Positions 46,972 through 61,373 of a DNA stretch of 64,000 nt are shown piece after piece. The notes below the pieces were generated by a model. That model saw only the letters and a program-made list of their open reading frames with translations, was not told the origin of the DNA and did no database searches. The DNA comes from Alphaproteobacteria bacterium. Its GTDB lineage: Bacteria > Pseudomonadota > Alphaproteobacteria > CALKHQ01. The position numbers were made by a program, and so were the translations under genes. The stretch covers positions 3,264,001 to 3,328,000 of the forward strand of contig CBDDFZ010000001.1 in the NCBI GenBank assembly GCA_965227515.1, given 5' to 3'. Every line of letters begins with the position of its first letter. Positions within the stretch are counted from its first letter, which is position 1.

Positions 46972-48333
46972 ATGCGTAGTCTCAATATTGCGTGGGCGTG
47001 CGCCGCGTTGCTGAGCGTGCACGGTTGCGAGCATGTTTCCTCACTTGCTGAATCGACAATCAATCCCGTCGACAACGAACTCGGTGAAGCCGAACCGCCG
47101 CCACTGCCCGACGAGCTTTGGCTGGCGTTCCGCAGCATGTTCGCAGCGGACATGCATGCCGATTCCCTGTTGTGGGGCCGCGACCTGCGGGAGGCGAGCA
47201 CGCGCGGCCATGTCGACCTGCCCCGGCTGATCGACGGCGGCATCGACCTGCAGGTCTTCGCCATCGTCACGCGCGCACCGCTCTCCTTCTACGATAACGA
47301 CAATCTATGCCTGGAGGGGTGCATCGCCGGCGACGGCATCGACCCGGTGACCCTGCTGCAATGGGGCCAGGGCCGCAGGATCGAGAACTGGTTCGTGGAC
47401 TGGTATCGCGCACTGGACCAGGCTCGTCGCCTTCGAGAGATGACCTGCACGTTGCCGACCGAAGATGCACCGGAATACGGCGACTGCGCCGCCGCCGACG
47501 GCCGGGTCCTGGTACAGATCGAAAGTGCGGCCGACCTGAAGGCGCTGGTCGCGCATAATGCGTCCGGCACGGGGCCGCGCGCGGTCGGGGCCTTGCTGGC
47601 CATGGAGGGCGGCCACGCCCTGAACAACGACCTGACCCTGCTGCAACAGCTCTATGGTCTCGGTTTGCGCATGATCGCGCCGACCCACCGGTTCGACAAC
47701 AACCTGGGCGGCTCGTCGGAGGGTTGCCTGCAATACGGCCTGACCGCGAACGGGCGCGCCCTGCTGCGCGAGGCGATCGACTCCAATATGGTGGTCGACC
47801 TGGCGCACGCCAGTTCCGCCGTCATCGGCGATGCCCTGGCGTTGTTGCGGGACGCCGGTGTGCCGTTCGTGGTGTCCCACACCGGAATCCAGCAAACGCT
47901 CTCGTGCCCGCGAAACCTGACCGATGACCAGGTGCGGGAGATTGCGGCGGCGGGCGGTGTCATCGGCGTTGGCTTCTGGCGGCAAGCGATCGGACCCGGA
48001 GGCGTGACCGCGATCGTCGCCACCATGCTGGCGGTCCATGACATCATCGAGAGCGGCGCCGAACCGGACGGCATCGACACCAGTGGCATCGATCCGTGGG
48101 ATCATATTGCCTTCGGGTCCGACTTCGACGGCGCGGTGACGGCACCGTTCGACGCAAGCGGCTACCGCGCCCTCTATACCGAGCTTTGGAACCGGCTCAG
48201 GATGGAGCACGGCCTGAGCGATGATGAGGCCATGTCGGTGGTGCGGCGGATCTCAGGCGGCAATGTCTGCCGCGTGCTGGCGGAGGTGCTGCCGGGCGGC
48301 GGCCCCGACGCAGCGGCAGACATCTGCGCTTGA
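46972..48333 (+). CDS. Membrane dipeptidase (M19) family lipoprotein
   Basis: Lipobox VHGC; DMHAD, GHVDLPRL, MEG, DLAHAS, SHTG, RNLTD, GSDFDG. Confidence 0.88.
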   Translation: MRSLNIAWACAALLSVHGCEHVSSLAESTINPVDNELGEAEPPPLPDELWLAFRSMFAADMHADSLLWGRDLREASTRGHVDLPRLIDGGIDLQVFAIVTRAPLSFYDNDNLCLEGCIAGDGIDPVTLLQWGQGRRIENWFVDWYRALDQARRLREMTCTLPTEDAPEYGDCAAADGRVLVQIESAADLKALVAHNASGTGPRAVGALLAMEGGHALNNDLTLLQQLYGLGLRMIAPTHRFDNNLGGSSEGCLQYGLTANGRALLREAIDSNMVVDLAHASSAVIGDALALLRDAGVPFVVSHTGIQQTLSCPRNLTDDQVREIAAAGGVIGVGFWRQAIGPGGVTAIVATMLAVHDIIESGAEPDGIDTSGIDPWDHIAFGSDFDGAVTAPFDASGYRALYTELWNRLRMEHGLSDDEAMSVVRRISGGNVCRVLAEVLPGGGPDAAADICA

Positions 48334-48338
48334 GACTA

Positions 48339-48764
48339 TCAGCCGGCGATCAGGATCAAGTACTCGGTGAAGATCCAGCCGGTGTTGCACGGCCCGGTGT
48401 AGGGCTGACGTGGCATGACCGGCGAGCCAAGGCCGCACGCGGACAGGTCGTCGCCGTAGATCACGGCCTCCCAGTCGCCCTCGGTCCCGCACATGTAGAC
48501 GAGGTCGCCATTGTGCAGGGAGTCGATCTGCTGGTGCTCGCTGCCGGGGCCAAAGCGGACCGCGAGGAAGTTGTCGCCCTGCGGGTCCAGGCCGGTGATC
48601 TCACCCACCGCACCGCAGGCATCGAAGTCGGTTTCGCCACCGATCATGATGGTCGGCAAGCCGTCCTGCTGCGCCATGGCGCCGTGGCTCAGCGCCATCG
48701 TCGCGGCAACAGCGATGGCGGCGCACGACGCGCCCAGCCGGAATTTGCCGGTATCAGAAGTCAT
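48339..48764 (-). CDS. Secreted SH3-like protein with four Cys
   Basis: Signal peptide; FLAVRFGPG...D.L.NGD.V...W...GWI...L. Confidence 0.7.
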   Translation of the reverse strand: MTSDTGKFRLGASCAAIAVAATMALSHGAMAQQDGLPTIMIGGETDFDACGAVGEITGLDPQGDNFLAVRFGPGSEHQQIDSLHNGDLVYMCGTEGDWEAVIYGDDLSACGLGSPVMPRQPYTGPCNTGWIFTEYLILIAG

Positions 48765-48915
48765 AGTGCATTCCCTGTCCGTGGTGGTCTTGGGTTCGGC
48801 GCGTCATGCGCGCGGTGGGACCGACAAGTTGGGAAGCGAATGCGCCGAGACAGCGAAATTTCCTGGGCAAAGCCGCCATCTTCGGGAACCAGAGGCGATC
48901 ACCCGCACCCCACCG

Positions 48916-49218
48916 TCAGTTGCAAGGCCCGCCGACCAGGCCGATGCCTCGAACAAGCTGGAAAACGCCAAGTGCGATGATCAGCGCGCCCGCGCCATAG
49001 CGCAGCCCCGGTTGCCATTGCCGGGCGGACAAGACACCGAAGCCGGCGATGCCGGCGACGATGCCCAGGATGATCCCGGCGAAGTCCGTGTAGGAGCATG
49101 TCGAGCCGCCCGGCCCGCTGGACGTGCTCAGGCTGCTGAAGCTGACCACGAACGGCAGCAGCCCACAGATCAGCCCAACCCAGAAGCTGGTCGGCGGCTT
49201 TCCCGATTGATACGCCAT
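48916..49218 (-). CDS. Hypothetical small membrane protein (three TM)
   Basis: Three hydrophobic segments in a 100-aa ORF. Confidence 0.65.
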   Translation of the reverse strand: MAYQSGKPPTSFWVGLICGLLPFVVSFSSLSTSSGPGGSTCSYTDFAGIILGIVAGIAGFGVLSARQWQPGLRYGAGALIIALGVFQLVRGIGLVGGPCN

Positions 49219-49270
49219 GCCCGGTATCCCCCCAATTGCGTGGCCGGCACGACGGGTGCCGACCGGCATT

Positions 49271-49702
49271 TCACTTGCCGTTGTGCGGCACCTCTGTCGG
49301 CACGATGTGTAGCCGGCCGTAGCGCACGCCCTTCATCGACGTGATCCGATCTGCCTGTTGGCGGACGGAACCGACGGTTCCGCTCAGAACGGTCGCCTCC
49401 AGGCAGTGGGCATCGTCGATATGCAGGTGCATGGTCGCGGCCGTCATGTCGTGGTGATGGTGCTGGGTTTCCAGCAGCCGCGACGACAACGTGCGTTCGC
49501 GATGGTCGTACACATAGACCACACAGCCGACACAGGGCTGTTCCGCGTCCTCATCGACTTGCGTCTCGGCCAGGATGTGCCGCATCGCATCTCGCAGCGC
49601 CGCGGACCGGTTCTCATAGCCCTTTGTGTTCGCGTAGGCATCGAACGCGGCCAGAAGGTCGTTCTCAACCGAGATCGTCACGCGCTCCATGGTGTCGCTC
49701 AA
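49271..49702 (-). CDS. nikR: Nickel-responsive regulator NikR
   Basis: RVTISV ribbon-helix-helix, GYENRS.A.RD, YDH, QH..HD, HLHID..HCLE. Confidence 0.93.
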   Translation of the reverse strand: MSDTMERVTISVENDLLAAFDAYANTKGYENRSAALRDAMRHILAETQVDEDAEQPCVGCVVYVYDHRERTLSSRLLETQHHHHDMTAATMHLHIDDAHCLEATVLSGTVGSVRQQADRITSMKGVRYGRLHIVPTEVPHNGK

Positions 49703-49778
49703 TGGTCTTGCCTAGTCCCCTTGCCCAGTCTTCTTGCTCAATCCCTTGGCCGATTGCCGTTGCCATGTGGTGGTGCGC

Positions 49779-49809
49779 GAGTATGATGAATATGCCAATC
49801 GTCATACTC
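49779..49809. promoter_or_regulatory. NikR operator
   Basis: GAGTATGATGA-N9-TCGTCATACTC, i.e. GTATGA-N15-TCATAC, between divergent nikR and the HupE/UreJ gene. Confidence 0.85.
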
Positions 49810-49861
49810 ACCTATTCGTCACCATCAATGGCGACCACGCGAACCATACAGGGGAAACGGG

Positions 49862-50461
49862 ATGAAGCGATCATTCTTTGCCGCCATCGGCGCAGGCGCC
49901 GCAACCGCATGCCTGGCAACGACACCGGCCCTTGCGCACACCGGCGCGGGCGCCGCCAGCGGCCTGTCTGCCGGCCTGCTCCACCCCATCGGTGGCCTGG
50001 ATCATCTCCTCGCCATGGTCGCCGTCGGCGTACTTGCCGCGCAGCAGGGCGGCCGTGCCCTGTGGATCGTGCCCGCGGCCTTCGTCGGCATGATGATCCT
50101 GGGCGGTGTGCTGGCGATCGCGGGCGTCGGCATGCCGATGGTCGAAATCGGCATCCTCGGCTCGGTGATCGTGCTCGGGGGCGCCGTGGCACTGGGCAAG
50201 CAGATGCCGCTCGCTGTTGCCGCGGGCCTCGTTGGGCTGTTCGCGATCTTCCACGGCCATGCCCACGGCGCCGAAATGCCGGCCGGCGCAAATGTTCTTG
50301 AATACGCTGTCGGCTTCGCGCTGGTCACCATGGTGCTTCACGCGGCAGGTATCGGCCTGTGTTTCGCCGTGCGCAGCGTCGCCGGCAAGCTGGCACCTTT
50401 CACCCTACGCGCGACTGGAGTCGCGGTCACAGGGGCCGGCGTCGCCCTGGCTGTTGGTTAA
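49862..50461 (+). CDS. HupE/UreJ family nickel transporter
   Basis: AH after the signal peptide, HPIGGLDHLLAMVAVG, FHGHAHGAE. Confidence 0.93.
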   Translation: MKRSFFAAIGAGAATACLATTPALAHTGAGAASGLSAGLLHPIGGLDHLLAMVAVGVLAAQQGGRALWIVPAAFVGMMILGGVLAIAGVGMPMVEIGILGSVIVLGGAVALGKQMPLAVAAGLVGLFAIFHGHAHGAEMPAGANVLEYAVGFALVTMVLHAAGIGLCFAVRSVAGKLAPFTLRATGVAVTGAGVALAVG

Positions 50462-50509
50462 GCTGTCGAGCCACCTGGGGCGCGGCGACGGACCGGATGG
50501 CGTCGCGCC

Positions 50510-50974
50510 CTAGGAGCGATGCAGGTTCAGCGTCAGGAAGATGCTGTTCGGGTCGAGCACGTAGTCGGCGAACGGCGGGCACTCCTCGAACCCGTGGCGC
50601 CGGTAGAACGCGATGGCAGGCGCGAAATAGTCCCAGGATCCGGTTTCCAGGCTGAGGCGGGCCATGCCCTGCTTGCGAGCGGCGTCGATGATATGGCGCA
50701 GCATCACACTGCCGGCGCCCGACCGGCGCGCCTCAGCCCGGGTGTGCATCGACTTCACCTCGCCATGGTCAGCCGACAGCCGCTTCAGGGCGCCGATGGC
50801 GAGCGGCTGCTCGTCAGCCCAGATCGCCCAGAAATCGACGTCGGGCGCTTTCAGACCGTCGATATCGAGCGCGTGGTCGCTGCCGGGGCCTGTCGCCGCC
50901 CGGGCCGTCTCGACATGGTGTCGGATCAGCGCGACGACACGCGCGTCGTCGAGATCGCCAGGGACGACATCCAT
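50510..50974 (-). CDS. GNAT acetyltransferase (YedL-like)
   Basis: GEVKSMHT..ARRSGAG, LSLETG, FY..GF..C.PFADY..DPNS. Confidence 0.9.
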   Translation of the reverse strand: MDVVPGDLDDARVVALIRHHVETARAATGPGSDHALDIDGLKAPDVDFWAIWADEQPLAIGALKRLSADHGEVKSMHTRAEARRSGAGSVMLRHIIDAARKQGMARLSLETGSWDYFAPAIAFYRRHGFEECPPFADYVLDPNSIFLTLNLHRS

Positions 50975-50991
50975 GGCCGTACTGGTGGAGG

Positions 50992-53892
<2,901 letters not shown>

Positions 53893-54186
53893 GCTCGGGA
53901 TGTAGCACGCACACGGGCCGGGGCAAACTGACAACTGCTGTCATTGGGCGGCTTTGGTAAGCGGCTTCGGCGGGCGGCTTGCGCGGCCTTCCCTTCGCCG
54001 TGGCATGACCACCGCCAAACAGTTTCAAGGACTTGTGAGTATTCTCACATCCGCCAAACCTGGCTCATGTTATTGTATTCGAATATTCTGATATTAGTGG
54101 GGGTGTTAGACATGATGACCTCTCTCAATGATTGTATCTTCCGCTTGGCCATTAGCGGGTCCCGAAGCGTACCCGCCGCCAAAAGC

Positions 54187-55059
54187 ATGGCCCTGAAAAG
54201 AGCCATTGCCGGCGTTTTGCTCGTAACGGCACTTTCGGCGTGCACGACCTACAGCGGGATCGAGGAATTCACGACATATCGTGAGGCCTACAGCGTCGCC
54301 GCAGATACGGGCGACCAGATCCTCGACAAGCTGGCCGCGGCTGAGCGCCGTCTATTCGACATCGCCTACCCATTGGACCCTGAGTTCGGCGACTTCGACC
54401 CCGGGGATGCCGCCTACATTTCAGAGGGCGCCGATCCGCCGGCGACGGCCTCCTACCGCAATGCGCTGTTGGCCATCGAGAGTTACAACGAGGCGCTGTT
54501 CCGACTAGCCAATGGCGACGCGGCGTCAGAGATTGTCGCGTCGATCTCGCGGTTGGGTGCGGTCGGCACCAACGCGGCCACCGAGCTGGCGTCATTCGGC
54601 GCCGGGTCGCCAACCACCATCGCGGCGGCCACCTCGGTCAACACCATCCTGGCAGCGTTTGCCCCGCTGGCCACCGAGATGATCGCGTTCGGAACCCGCG
54701 ACGCCTTCCGCGAGCAGTTGCTGGAGAACGCACCGCTGATGACGGACGCGATCGAGGCGGTCAGGGCGAGCACGCCGCAGATCTTCGACAGCTTGCGCGA
54801 TCAGATCATCGCCGCCGCAAACAGCGATCCGACCCGCTTCGGCCTGACCGACGTGGAAGTCGAGCAAATCAAGGATCACAGGCGCACGATTGCCGCCTGG
54901 GTGATTCTGCTGAACGGGACCCAAGAGGCGTTCCAGGTCGCGGTCGATGCCGCCCAGGCCGATGCCGGTGAGGGCAGTTTCGATGGGATGTTGCTGGCCA
55001 GCGAGGGCCTGGTCGAGGCGATCCGGTCGGCGCGCATGACATTGGCCGAAAGTAATTGA
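54187..55059 (+). CDS. Hypothetical helical lipoprotein
   Basis: MALKR + hydrophobic stretch + lipobox LSAC. Confidence 0.75.
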   Translation: MALKRAIAGVLLVTALSACTTYSGIEEFTTYREAYSVAADTGDQILDKLAAAERRLFDIAYPLDPEFGDFDPGDAAYISEGADPPATASYRNALLAIESYNEALFRLANGDAASEIVASISRLGAVGTNAATELASFGAGSPTTIAAATSVNTILAAFAPLATEMIAFGTRDAFREQLLENAPLMTDAIEAVRASTPQIFDSLRDQIIAAANSDPTRFGLTDVEVEQIKDHRRTIAAWVILLNGTQEAFQVAVDAAQADAGEGSFDGMLLASEGLVEAIRSARMTLAESN

Positions 55060-55095
55060 AACAAATGAATTTTCTGGAATTGGAGGAACGTGACC

Positions 55096-56493
55096 ATGTC
55101 GGCAAGAGACGAGGTCCTTAGGACGATCAAGGCGGCACAGGACGACAGGAAGGCGGCCAACGCCGCCGGCGACGGGAACGCCGTCGAACAGATCTTCGTG
55201 CATATCGTCACGCCGCTGAACCAGCAGTTCGCGCGGATGGCACTGGATCCGATGCCCGACAGTGCGGAGATCCGATTGGCGTCGCAGACCGTCGATGCGG
55301 GCATGGCGACCTGCCGCAACAACGGTGTGGCCGACGCGCGGATGGTCAACACGGCCGCCCGCGCCGATGCCTTGAGGGGACAGGCCAACGACACCCCGCC
55401 CCCGCCCAGTGTGAATCCCGACATTCCCGATACGCCGCCGGTGCCGATCCAGGACACACCGGACCCGGTGCCGCCCGGCGATCCGACGACGTTCGTGTCG
55501 GCGCGCAAGAGCGCCAACAAGCAGATCACCTACATCGACGCCGAGGGGCGCGAGGTGTTGCGGATCGGCGGGTCACGCTCCTGGCGCAACTTCAACCCCG
55601 GCAATATCCGCATGGGCAGCTTTGCGGAGATGTCCGGGTCGATCGGCGATGACGGTGCGTTCGCGATCTTCCCGGACGAACCGACCGGCCGGGATGCCAT
55701 CGTCGGCCTGCTGCAATCCAACAGCTATCGGAACCTGTCGCTGAAGGACGCGATCTTCCGCTATGCGCCGCCGGTGGAGAACGATTCGGCGGCCTATGTC
55801 GCGTTCATCGAGTCCGAGACCGGCATCGACCGCGCGAAGATCCTGAAGGACCTGCCGGTTGCCCAGATCCGGACGATTGCGAAGTTCATCAAGCAGGTCG
55901 AGGGCTGGACGCCCGGCGAGGAGCGCCCGAACGCACCATCTTCGTTGGCATCGGCGAATGCCGGCGGCGTTTCCGCGGCTGCCGGCGCGGCGGGCGAATG
56001 GATGGGCATTGCCGAGCGCGAGGCCGCCTTGCCGGAGCACGAGCGCTCGGAGTGGCCTGACCCTGGCGAAAACCCGCGTATCCTGGAGTATTTCAGGATC
56101 GCCGCCTCGTGGTTCGACCCGGGAGACGGAGACGAGACCGATTGGTGCGCCGCCTTCGTGAACTATTGCCTGCTGACCAGCGGGCATATCGGGACCGACC
56201 ACCCGGGCGCCCGCTCGTTCTTCTGGAACAAGAAGAACCAGTTCATTCCATTGTCCGGCCCGACCAAGAACGCGATTGCCGTGCGCCGCTATGCACCGTT
56301 CGGCGATGCAACCTGGGCAAGCGGCCCCGGCCATGTCGGCTTCGTCTCGTCCTTCACATCGACTCACGTGACCCTGCTCGGCGGCAACCAGGGCAATACC
56401 GTCAAACTGAAGCAATTCCCGCTGGAGACCTTCGACGATAACGGTAACCTGGCCTCCAAATTCGTGGCCTTCATGATGCCGGTTATCTCCTAA
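55096..56493 (+). CDS. Two-domain peptidoglycan hydrolase: lysozyme-like domain plus TIGR02594/CHAP-like domain
   Basis: WRNFNPGNI...YAPPVEND..Y in the first domain; DETDWCAAFVNYCL...GHVGF...LGGNQ in the second; Pro-rich linker; no signal peptide. Confidence 0.75.
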   Translation: MSARDEVLRTIKAAQDDRKAANAAGDGNAVEQIFVHIVTPLNQQFARMALDPMPDSAEIRLASQTVDAGMATCRNNGVADARMVNTAARADALRGQANDTPPPPSVNPDIPDTPPVPIQDTPDPVPPGDPTTFVSARKSANKQITYIDAEGREVLRIGGSRSWRNFNPGNIRMGSFAEMSGSIGDDGAFAIFPDEPTGRDAIVGLLQSNSYRNLSLKDAIFRYAPPVENDSAAYVAFIESETGIDRAKILKDLPVAQIRTIAKFIKQVEGWTPGEERPNAPSSLASANAGGVSAAAGAAGEWMGIAEREAALPEHERSEWPDPGENPRILEYFRIAASWFDPGDGDETDWCAAFVNYCLLTSGHIGTDHPGARSFFWNKKNQFIPLSGPTKNAIAVRRYAPFGDATWASGPGHVGFVSSFTSTHVTLLGGNQGNTVKLKQFPLETFDDNGNLASKFVAFMMPVIS

Positions 56494-57313
56494 GGCCTGT
56501 TGAGATTCAGGATTCCTCTCCGTGCTTGGTTGTGATTCAAGCTTCGGATGGAACGATTCGTACTGAGTGACGCCCAATGGGCGAAGATGGAACCCCATTG
56601 CTTGGGCAAGCCGAGCGATCCGGGCCGCAGTGGCGCTGACAACCGGCGCTTTGTCGAAGCCGTGCTGTGGGTGGTGCGTACGGGCAGCCCGTGGCGTGAT
56701 CTCCCGACATCTTTTGGCCCTTGGAACACGGTCTTTAAGCGATACCGCGACTGGGTCAAAGCAGACGTCTTCGTGCGGCTGTTCGAGGCCTGCTTGGACG
56801 AGCCGGACATGGAATACGCCATGGTTGATGCCACCATTGTCAAGGTGCACCGCCACGGCCAGGGCGCAAAAGGGGGACTCAAAGCCAGGCCATCGGCCGC
56901 TCCAAGGGCGGGATGACGACGAAGATCCTCGCGCTGTGTGATGCGCTTGGCAATCTGGTGCGTTTCGTGCTCCTGCCCGGCCATCGCTACGATACGGTTG
57001 GCGTGCCGCCGCTCATCGACGGACTCTCCTTCAAGGCGATGATCGCGGACAAAGCGTTCGACACCAGCGCCATCGTTGCTGACCTCAACGAGCGCGGTGC
57101 CAAGATCGTCATATCCCAGCATCCGCGCCGCGCCAGCCCGCTGCAAATCGACGCCGAGATGTACAAATGGCGTCATCTGATCGAAAACTTCTTCTGCAAA
57201 CTCAAAGAGTTCAAGCGAATCGCCATGCGTGCAGACAAAACCGACACAAGCTTCAACGCCATCATCCATCTCGCAGCAGCTGTCATAAACTCGCGATGAA
57301 TCTCAACAGGCCC
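56493..57313 (+). mobile_element. IS5-family insertion sequence
   Basis: Terminal IRs GGCCTGTTGAGATTCA / TGAATCTCAACAGGCC, TA duplication within a CTAG site, split transposase. Confidence 0.92.
56548..57299 (+). CDS. IS5 transposase, two ORFs (56548-56916, 56913-57299) joined by a probable -1 frameshift
   Basis: LSDAQW, WRDLP..FG.W.TV, VDAT; AAAAGGGGG at 56868-56876; -1 frame continues IGRSKGGMTTKI, ADKAFD, R.LIENFF. Confidence 0.9.
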
Positions 57314-57418
57314 TAGAGCATGATCATTTAAGTCGGCACCAGCCCTCTCCCCCACCCGGCCGCCCAACGAAATTATGCTGCTGGGTGGCCGGGTGGGGGA
57401 GAGCGACTGTCTTTTGTG

Positions 57419-58540
<1,122 letters not shown>

Positions 58541-58680
58541 TCAGCGTAAGCTGATCCCGATCTAGCCGGATCGAGGCCGGGGCGGCTTGTGCCCCGGCCT
58601 CGCCCACACGTTTGGCGCTTGCTCCCGGATGACGGCCACTTTACCAATCAGTGACCACCCCAACGCACGGGAGGCCCCCC

Positions 58681-59163
58681 ATGAAGGGCAATGCCAAGAT
58701 CATCGCGCACCTGAACGCGGTGCTGAAGAACGAGCTGACCGCCATCAACCAGTACTTCCTGCATTCGCGGATGCTGAAGAACTGGGGCCTCTACCGCATG
58801 GCCGAGCACGAGTACGAAGAGTCGGTCGACGAAATGAAGCACGCCGACCAGCTGATCGAGCGCATCCTGTTCCTGGAGGGGCTGCCCAACCTGCAGGATC
58901 TGGGCAAGCTGTTGATCGGCGAGAGTGTGCCCGAGGTTCTGGAATGCGACCTGAAGCTGGAATTGCAGGCCATGCCGGCGCTGCGCCAGGCGATCGCCGA
59001 CTGCGAGGAAGCGTCGGACTACGTCAGCCGCGAATTGTTCGTGGATATCCTGGAATCAGAGGAAGAGCACGTCGACTGGCTTGAGACGAATATCGAGCTG
59101 ATCGAGAAGGTCGGCCTGCAGAACTTCATCCAGAGCCAGATCGGCGACTCTGACGACGACTAG
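58681..59163 (+). CDS. bfr: Bacterioferritin
   Basis: [19 protein letters not shown] (heme Met), [20 protein letters not shown]. Confidence 0.97.
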   Translation: MKGNAKIIAHLNAVLKNELTAINQYFLHSRMLKNWGLYRMAEHEYEESVDEMKHADQLIERILFLEGLPNLQDLGKLLIGESVPEVLECDLKLELQAMPALRQAIADCEEASDYVSRELFVDILESEEEHVDWLETNIELIEKVGLQNFIQSQIGDSDDD

Positions 59164-59289
59164 ATCGGGATCAGCTTACGCTGAATCTGCGCCAGCCCTC
59201 TCCCCCACCCGGCCGCCCAACTCCAGTATGATGTCTGGGCGGCCGGGTGGGGGAGAGGGCCGGTGCCGACTTAAATGATCATGCTCTAG
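59160..59289. repeat. MITE copy B, intact 130-bp palindromic element
   Basis: CTAGATCGGGATC...GCCCTCTCCCCCACCCGGCCGCCCA-loop-TGGGCGGCCGGGTGGGGGAGAGGGC...GATCATGCTCTAG; its CTAG overlaps the bfr stop. Confidence 0.9.
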
Positions 59290-59310
59290 GCGCACGCGGC
59301 ACCTGCCTGA

Positions 59311-60264
59311 TCAGGGCAATGCCAGCGTGCACGCCCAGGGGCATTGCTCGGCGGAGAGCCGGATCGGAACCGGATTGCGCGCGTACAGTTCCATGTCCAG
59401 AGACTCGTATAAGGTCGAGGCGTAAGCTTCAGATTCAGCAACATATTCCGGCGAGGTCAGGAGGGTGCACACTTGGTCCGCCACGCCCTCTCGCACTTGA
59501 AGGGCCGCCATCAATACCGGTTCAACCAGGGCAACGCGGGCGTCGTCACCGGAGATGTCAATCGCCCCGCGATCCACATGGGCATCCGCGCACCAGCCGG
59601 ACTCTAATTCGGTCAGCGTCTCGACGATCGTGACGGTGCTCACCTCGCCCTCGACCGGGATGAGGAACGAGGTTGTCGCTTCGATCCGCTGGTCGTCATC
59701 CAACTGAAAAACCGTCGTCATCTGGCAGCTGTCCGGCCCTTTAGGGTTCACGCACATATACGGGTGGCTCTGGACCAGCGAGAGGAATTCGGCGGGCGCG
59801 ATGGCGTCCGGCGGCGGATCGTCCTGGAAGTCGGCCAGAAGCCGCCTCTGCGCATCGTTCAATTCAGCGTCGTCGCGACCGGCGTCCGATGCGGTGCTGG
59901 GGCCCGACACACTGTCGGGGTCAATCTCGGCTGTGCCAAACAACGCGCGGGCAAGCGCCAGCGCAGACAAAGCGCAAAGCACGGCAAAGATCGCCGCATT
60001 GCGCCATCTGTTTCGGCGCGTGCCGGGTAGTGTCAGGAAATCATTCGTCGCGAAAAACGGCCGACGATCAGTCGCTGCCTTGGCGAAGCCGTTGATCCAA
60101 ATCCTGTATGCAAGCACGGCCAACGCCAGCACGATGCCAACGGCCAGCACCATCTGCGTTACAGAGGGCGGGCCAGTCGCAGTGGTCAGCGAACCGCTTG
60201 CAAACAGCATGGCCACCATGACCAGCGGCACAGCGCCGAACCTGGGAACGCCGCCGCCCTTCAT
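59311..60264 (-). CDS. Hypothetical membrane protein, three TM plus a Cys-containing soluble domain
   Basis: Hydrophobic N-terminal segments; acidic C-terminal domain with six Cys. Confidence 0.65.
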   Translation of the reverse strand: MKGGGVPRFGAVPLVMVAMLFASGSLTTATGPPSVTQMVLAVGIVLALAVLAYRIWINGFAKAATDRRPFFATNDFLTLPGTRRNRWRNAAIFAVLCALSALALARALFGTAEIDPDSVSGPSTASDAGRDDAELNDAQRRLLADFQDDPPPDAIAPAEFLSLVQSHPYMCVNPKGPDSCQMTTVFQLDDDQRIEATTSFLIPVEGEVSTVTIVETLTELESGWCADAHVDRGAIDISGDDARVALVEPVLMAALQVREGVADQVCTLLTSPEYVAESEAYASTLYESLDMELYARNPVPIRLSAEQCPWACTLALP

Positions 60265-60497
60265 CGGACCGCGCCGCGCCGGCATAACGTGTGCAGCCGC
60301 CTGAATATAGGCGGTCGGAGGCGTTTGCGCTCTATGGTGAGTGTCCCGTTTGAGCTCAGGCGATGTGGACCGAGCTTACACCACGGGCGCTGCAGTTCGC
60401 CAAACGACGTAAGGCGCTGACAGGAAAACTTGAAGATTAAGGGAGAAACGATGCGACGCGTTCGGACGAGGACGCGCTACGGCGCGTTGCGCCTACG

Positions 60498-60692
60498 TCA
60501 GGCGACTGCGCCGGCCGAGATCGGGTGCGACAGGTACGCTTCGTCGATGATGTCCTGTGCGCAATCCAGGCACCGGCCGCAACACGGGCCGTTCCCGAGC
60601 GTGAGATACGCCTCCGAGGCATCGGTCACGCCTTGGCGTGCGACTTCCCGCAACTCCGCGTCCCGATAGCCATTGCACAGACATACGAACAT
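60498..60692 (-). CDS. bfd: Bacterioferritin-associated [2Fe-2S] ferredoxin
   Basis: MFVCLCN...CCGRC. Confidence 0.9.
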   Translation of the reverse strand: MFVCLCNGYRDAELREVARQGVTDASEAYLTLGNGPCCGRCLDCAQDIIDEAYLSHPISAGAVA

Positions 60693-60726
60693 GCTTGCAC
60701 CCTTTCGAAACGAAAGATGGTGGCTC

Positions 60727-60742
60727 TGCGAATGAATGTCAA
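60727..60742. promoter_or_regulatory. Candidate alphaproteobacterial Fur box upstream of bfd
   Basis: TGCGAATGAATGTCAA fits TG(C/A)-N-A-N8-CA(A/T), 35 bp upstream of bfd. Confidence 0.6.
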
Positions 60743-60851
60743 TTGCATAGTGCGGCGAGATCGTCGTGCGATCACACCTTTCGGCCCCGGCGCGAATTGA
60801 ACTACAACCCTCGCAGAATCATCGGGGCCAGACTCATCGGGGAGGATTCAC

Positions 60852-61373
60852 ATGGCGGGCAGCGTCAACAAGGTCATTCTGATCGGAAATCTGGGTCGCG
60901 ACCCTGAAATCCGCACCATGCAGAACGGCGGCAAGGTGGCCAACCTCAGCGTGGCGACTTCCGAGCGCTGGCGCGACCGCAACACCGGTGACATGCAGGA
61001 GCGCACCGAGTGGCACCGCGTCGTGCTGTTCAACGAGCGCCTGATCGAGGTGGCCGAGAAATACCTGCGCAAGGGCTCGAAAATCTATGTCGAAGGCCAG
61101 TTGCAGACCCGTAAGTGGCAGGACCAGCAGGGCCAGGATCGGTACAGCACCGAGGTCGTCCTGCAGCGCTTCCGCGGCGAGCTGACCATGCTGGACGGGC
61201 GTGGCGACGGCGATGGCGGCGGTGGCGGCGGTTATGGAGGCGGCGACGGCGGCGGTTATGGCGGCGGCCAGGGTGGCGGCAGCCAAGGCGGCGGCTCGTC
61301 CTCCGGCGGCGGTGGCTACGGTGGCGGCGGCGGCCAAGGTGGCGGCGACCTGGACGACGACATTCCGTTCTAG
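60852..61373 (+). CDS. ssb: Single-stranded DNA-binding protein
   Basis: [22 protein letters not shown], Gly-rich linker, DDDIPF. Confidence 0.98.
   Translation: MAGSVNKVILIGNLGRDPEIRTMQNGGKVANLSVATSERWRDRNTGDMQERTEWHRVVLFNERLIEVAEKYLRKGSKIYVEGQLQTRKWQDQQGQDRYSTEVVLQRFRGELTMLDGRGDGDGGGGGGYGGGDGGGYGGGQGGGSQGGGSSSGGGGYGGGGGQGGGDLDDDIPF

Noticed and set aside
53893-54186. LexA box (GTTC-N7-GTTC) upstream of uvrA or ssb
   Set aside because: No convincing direct repeat with correct spacing found by eye
56868-56916. IS5 transposase as a pseudogene
   Set aside because: The break coincides with an A4G5 slippery run and the -1 frame continues the conserved sequence, consistent with programmed frameshifting
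61200-61350. GGC-rich tandem repeat
   Set aside because: Normal Gly-rich linker of SSB
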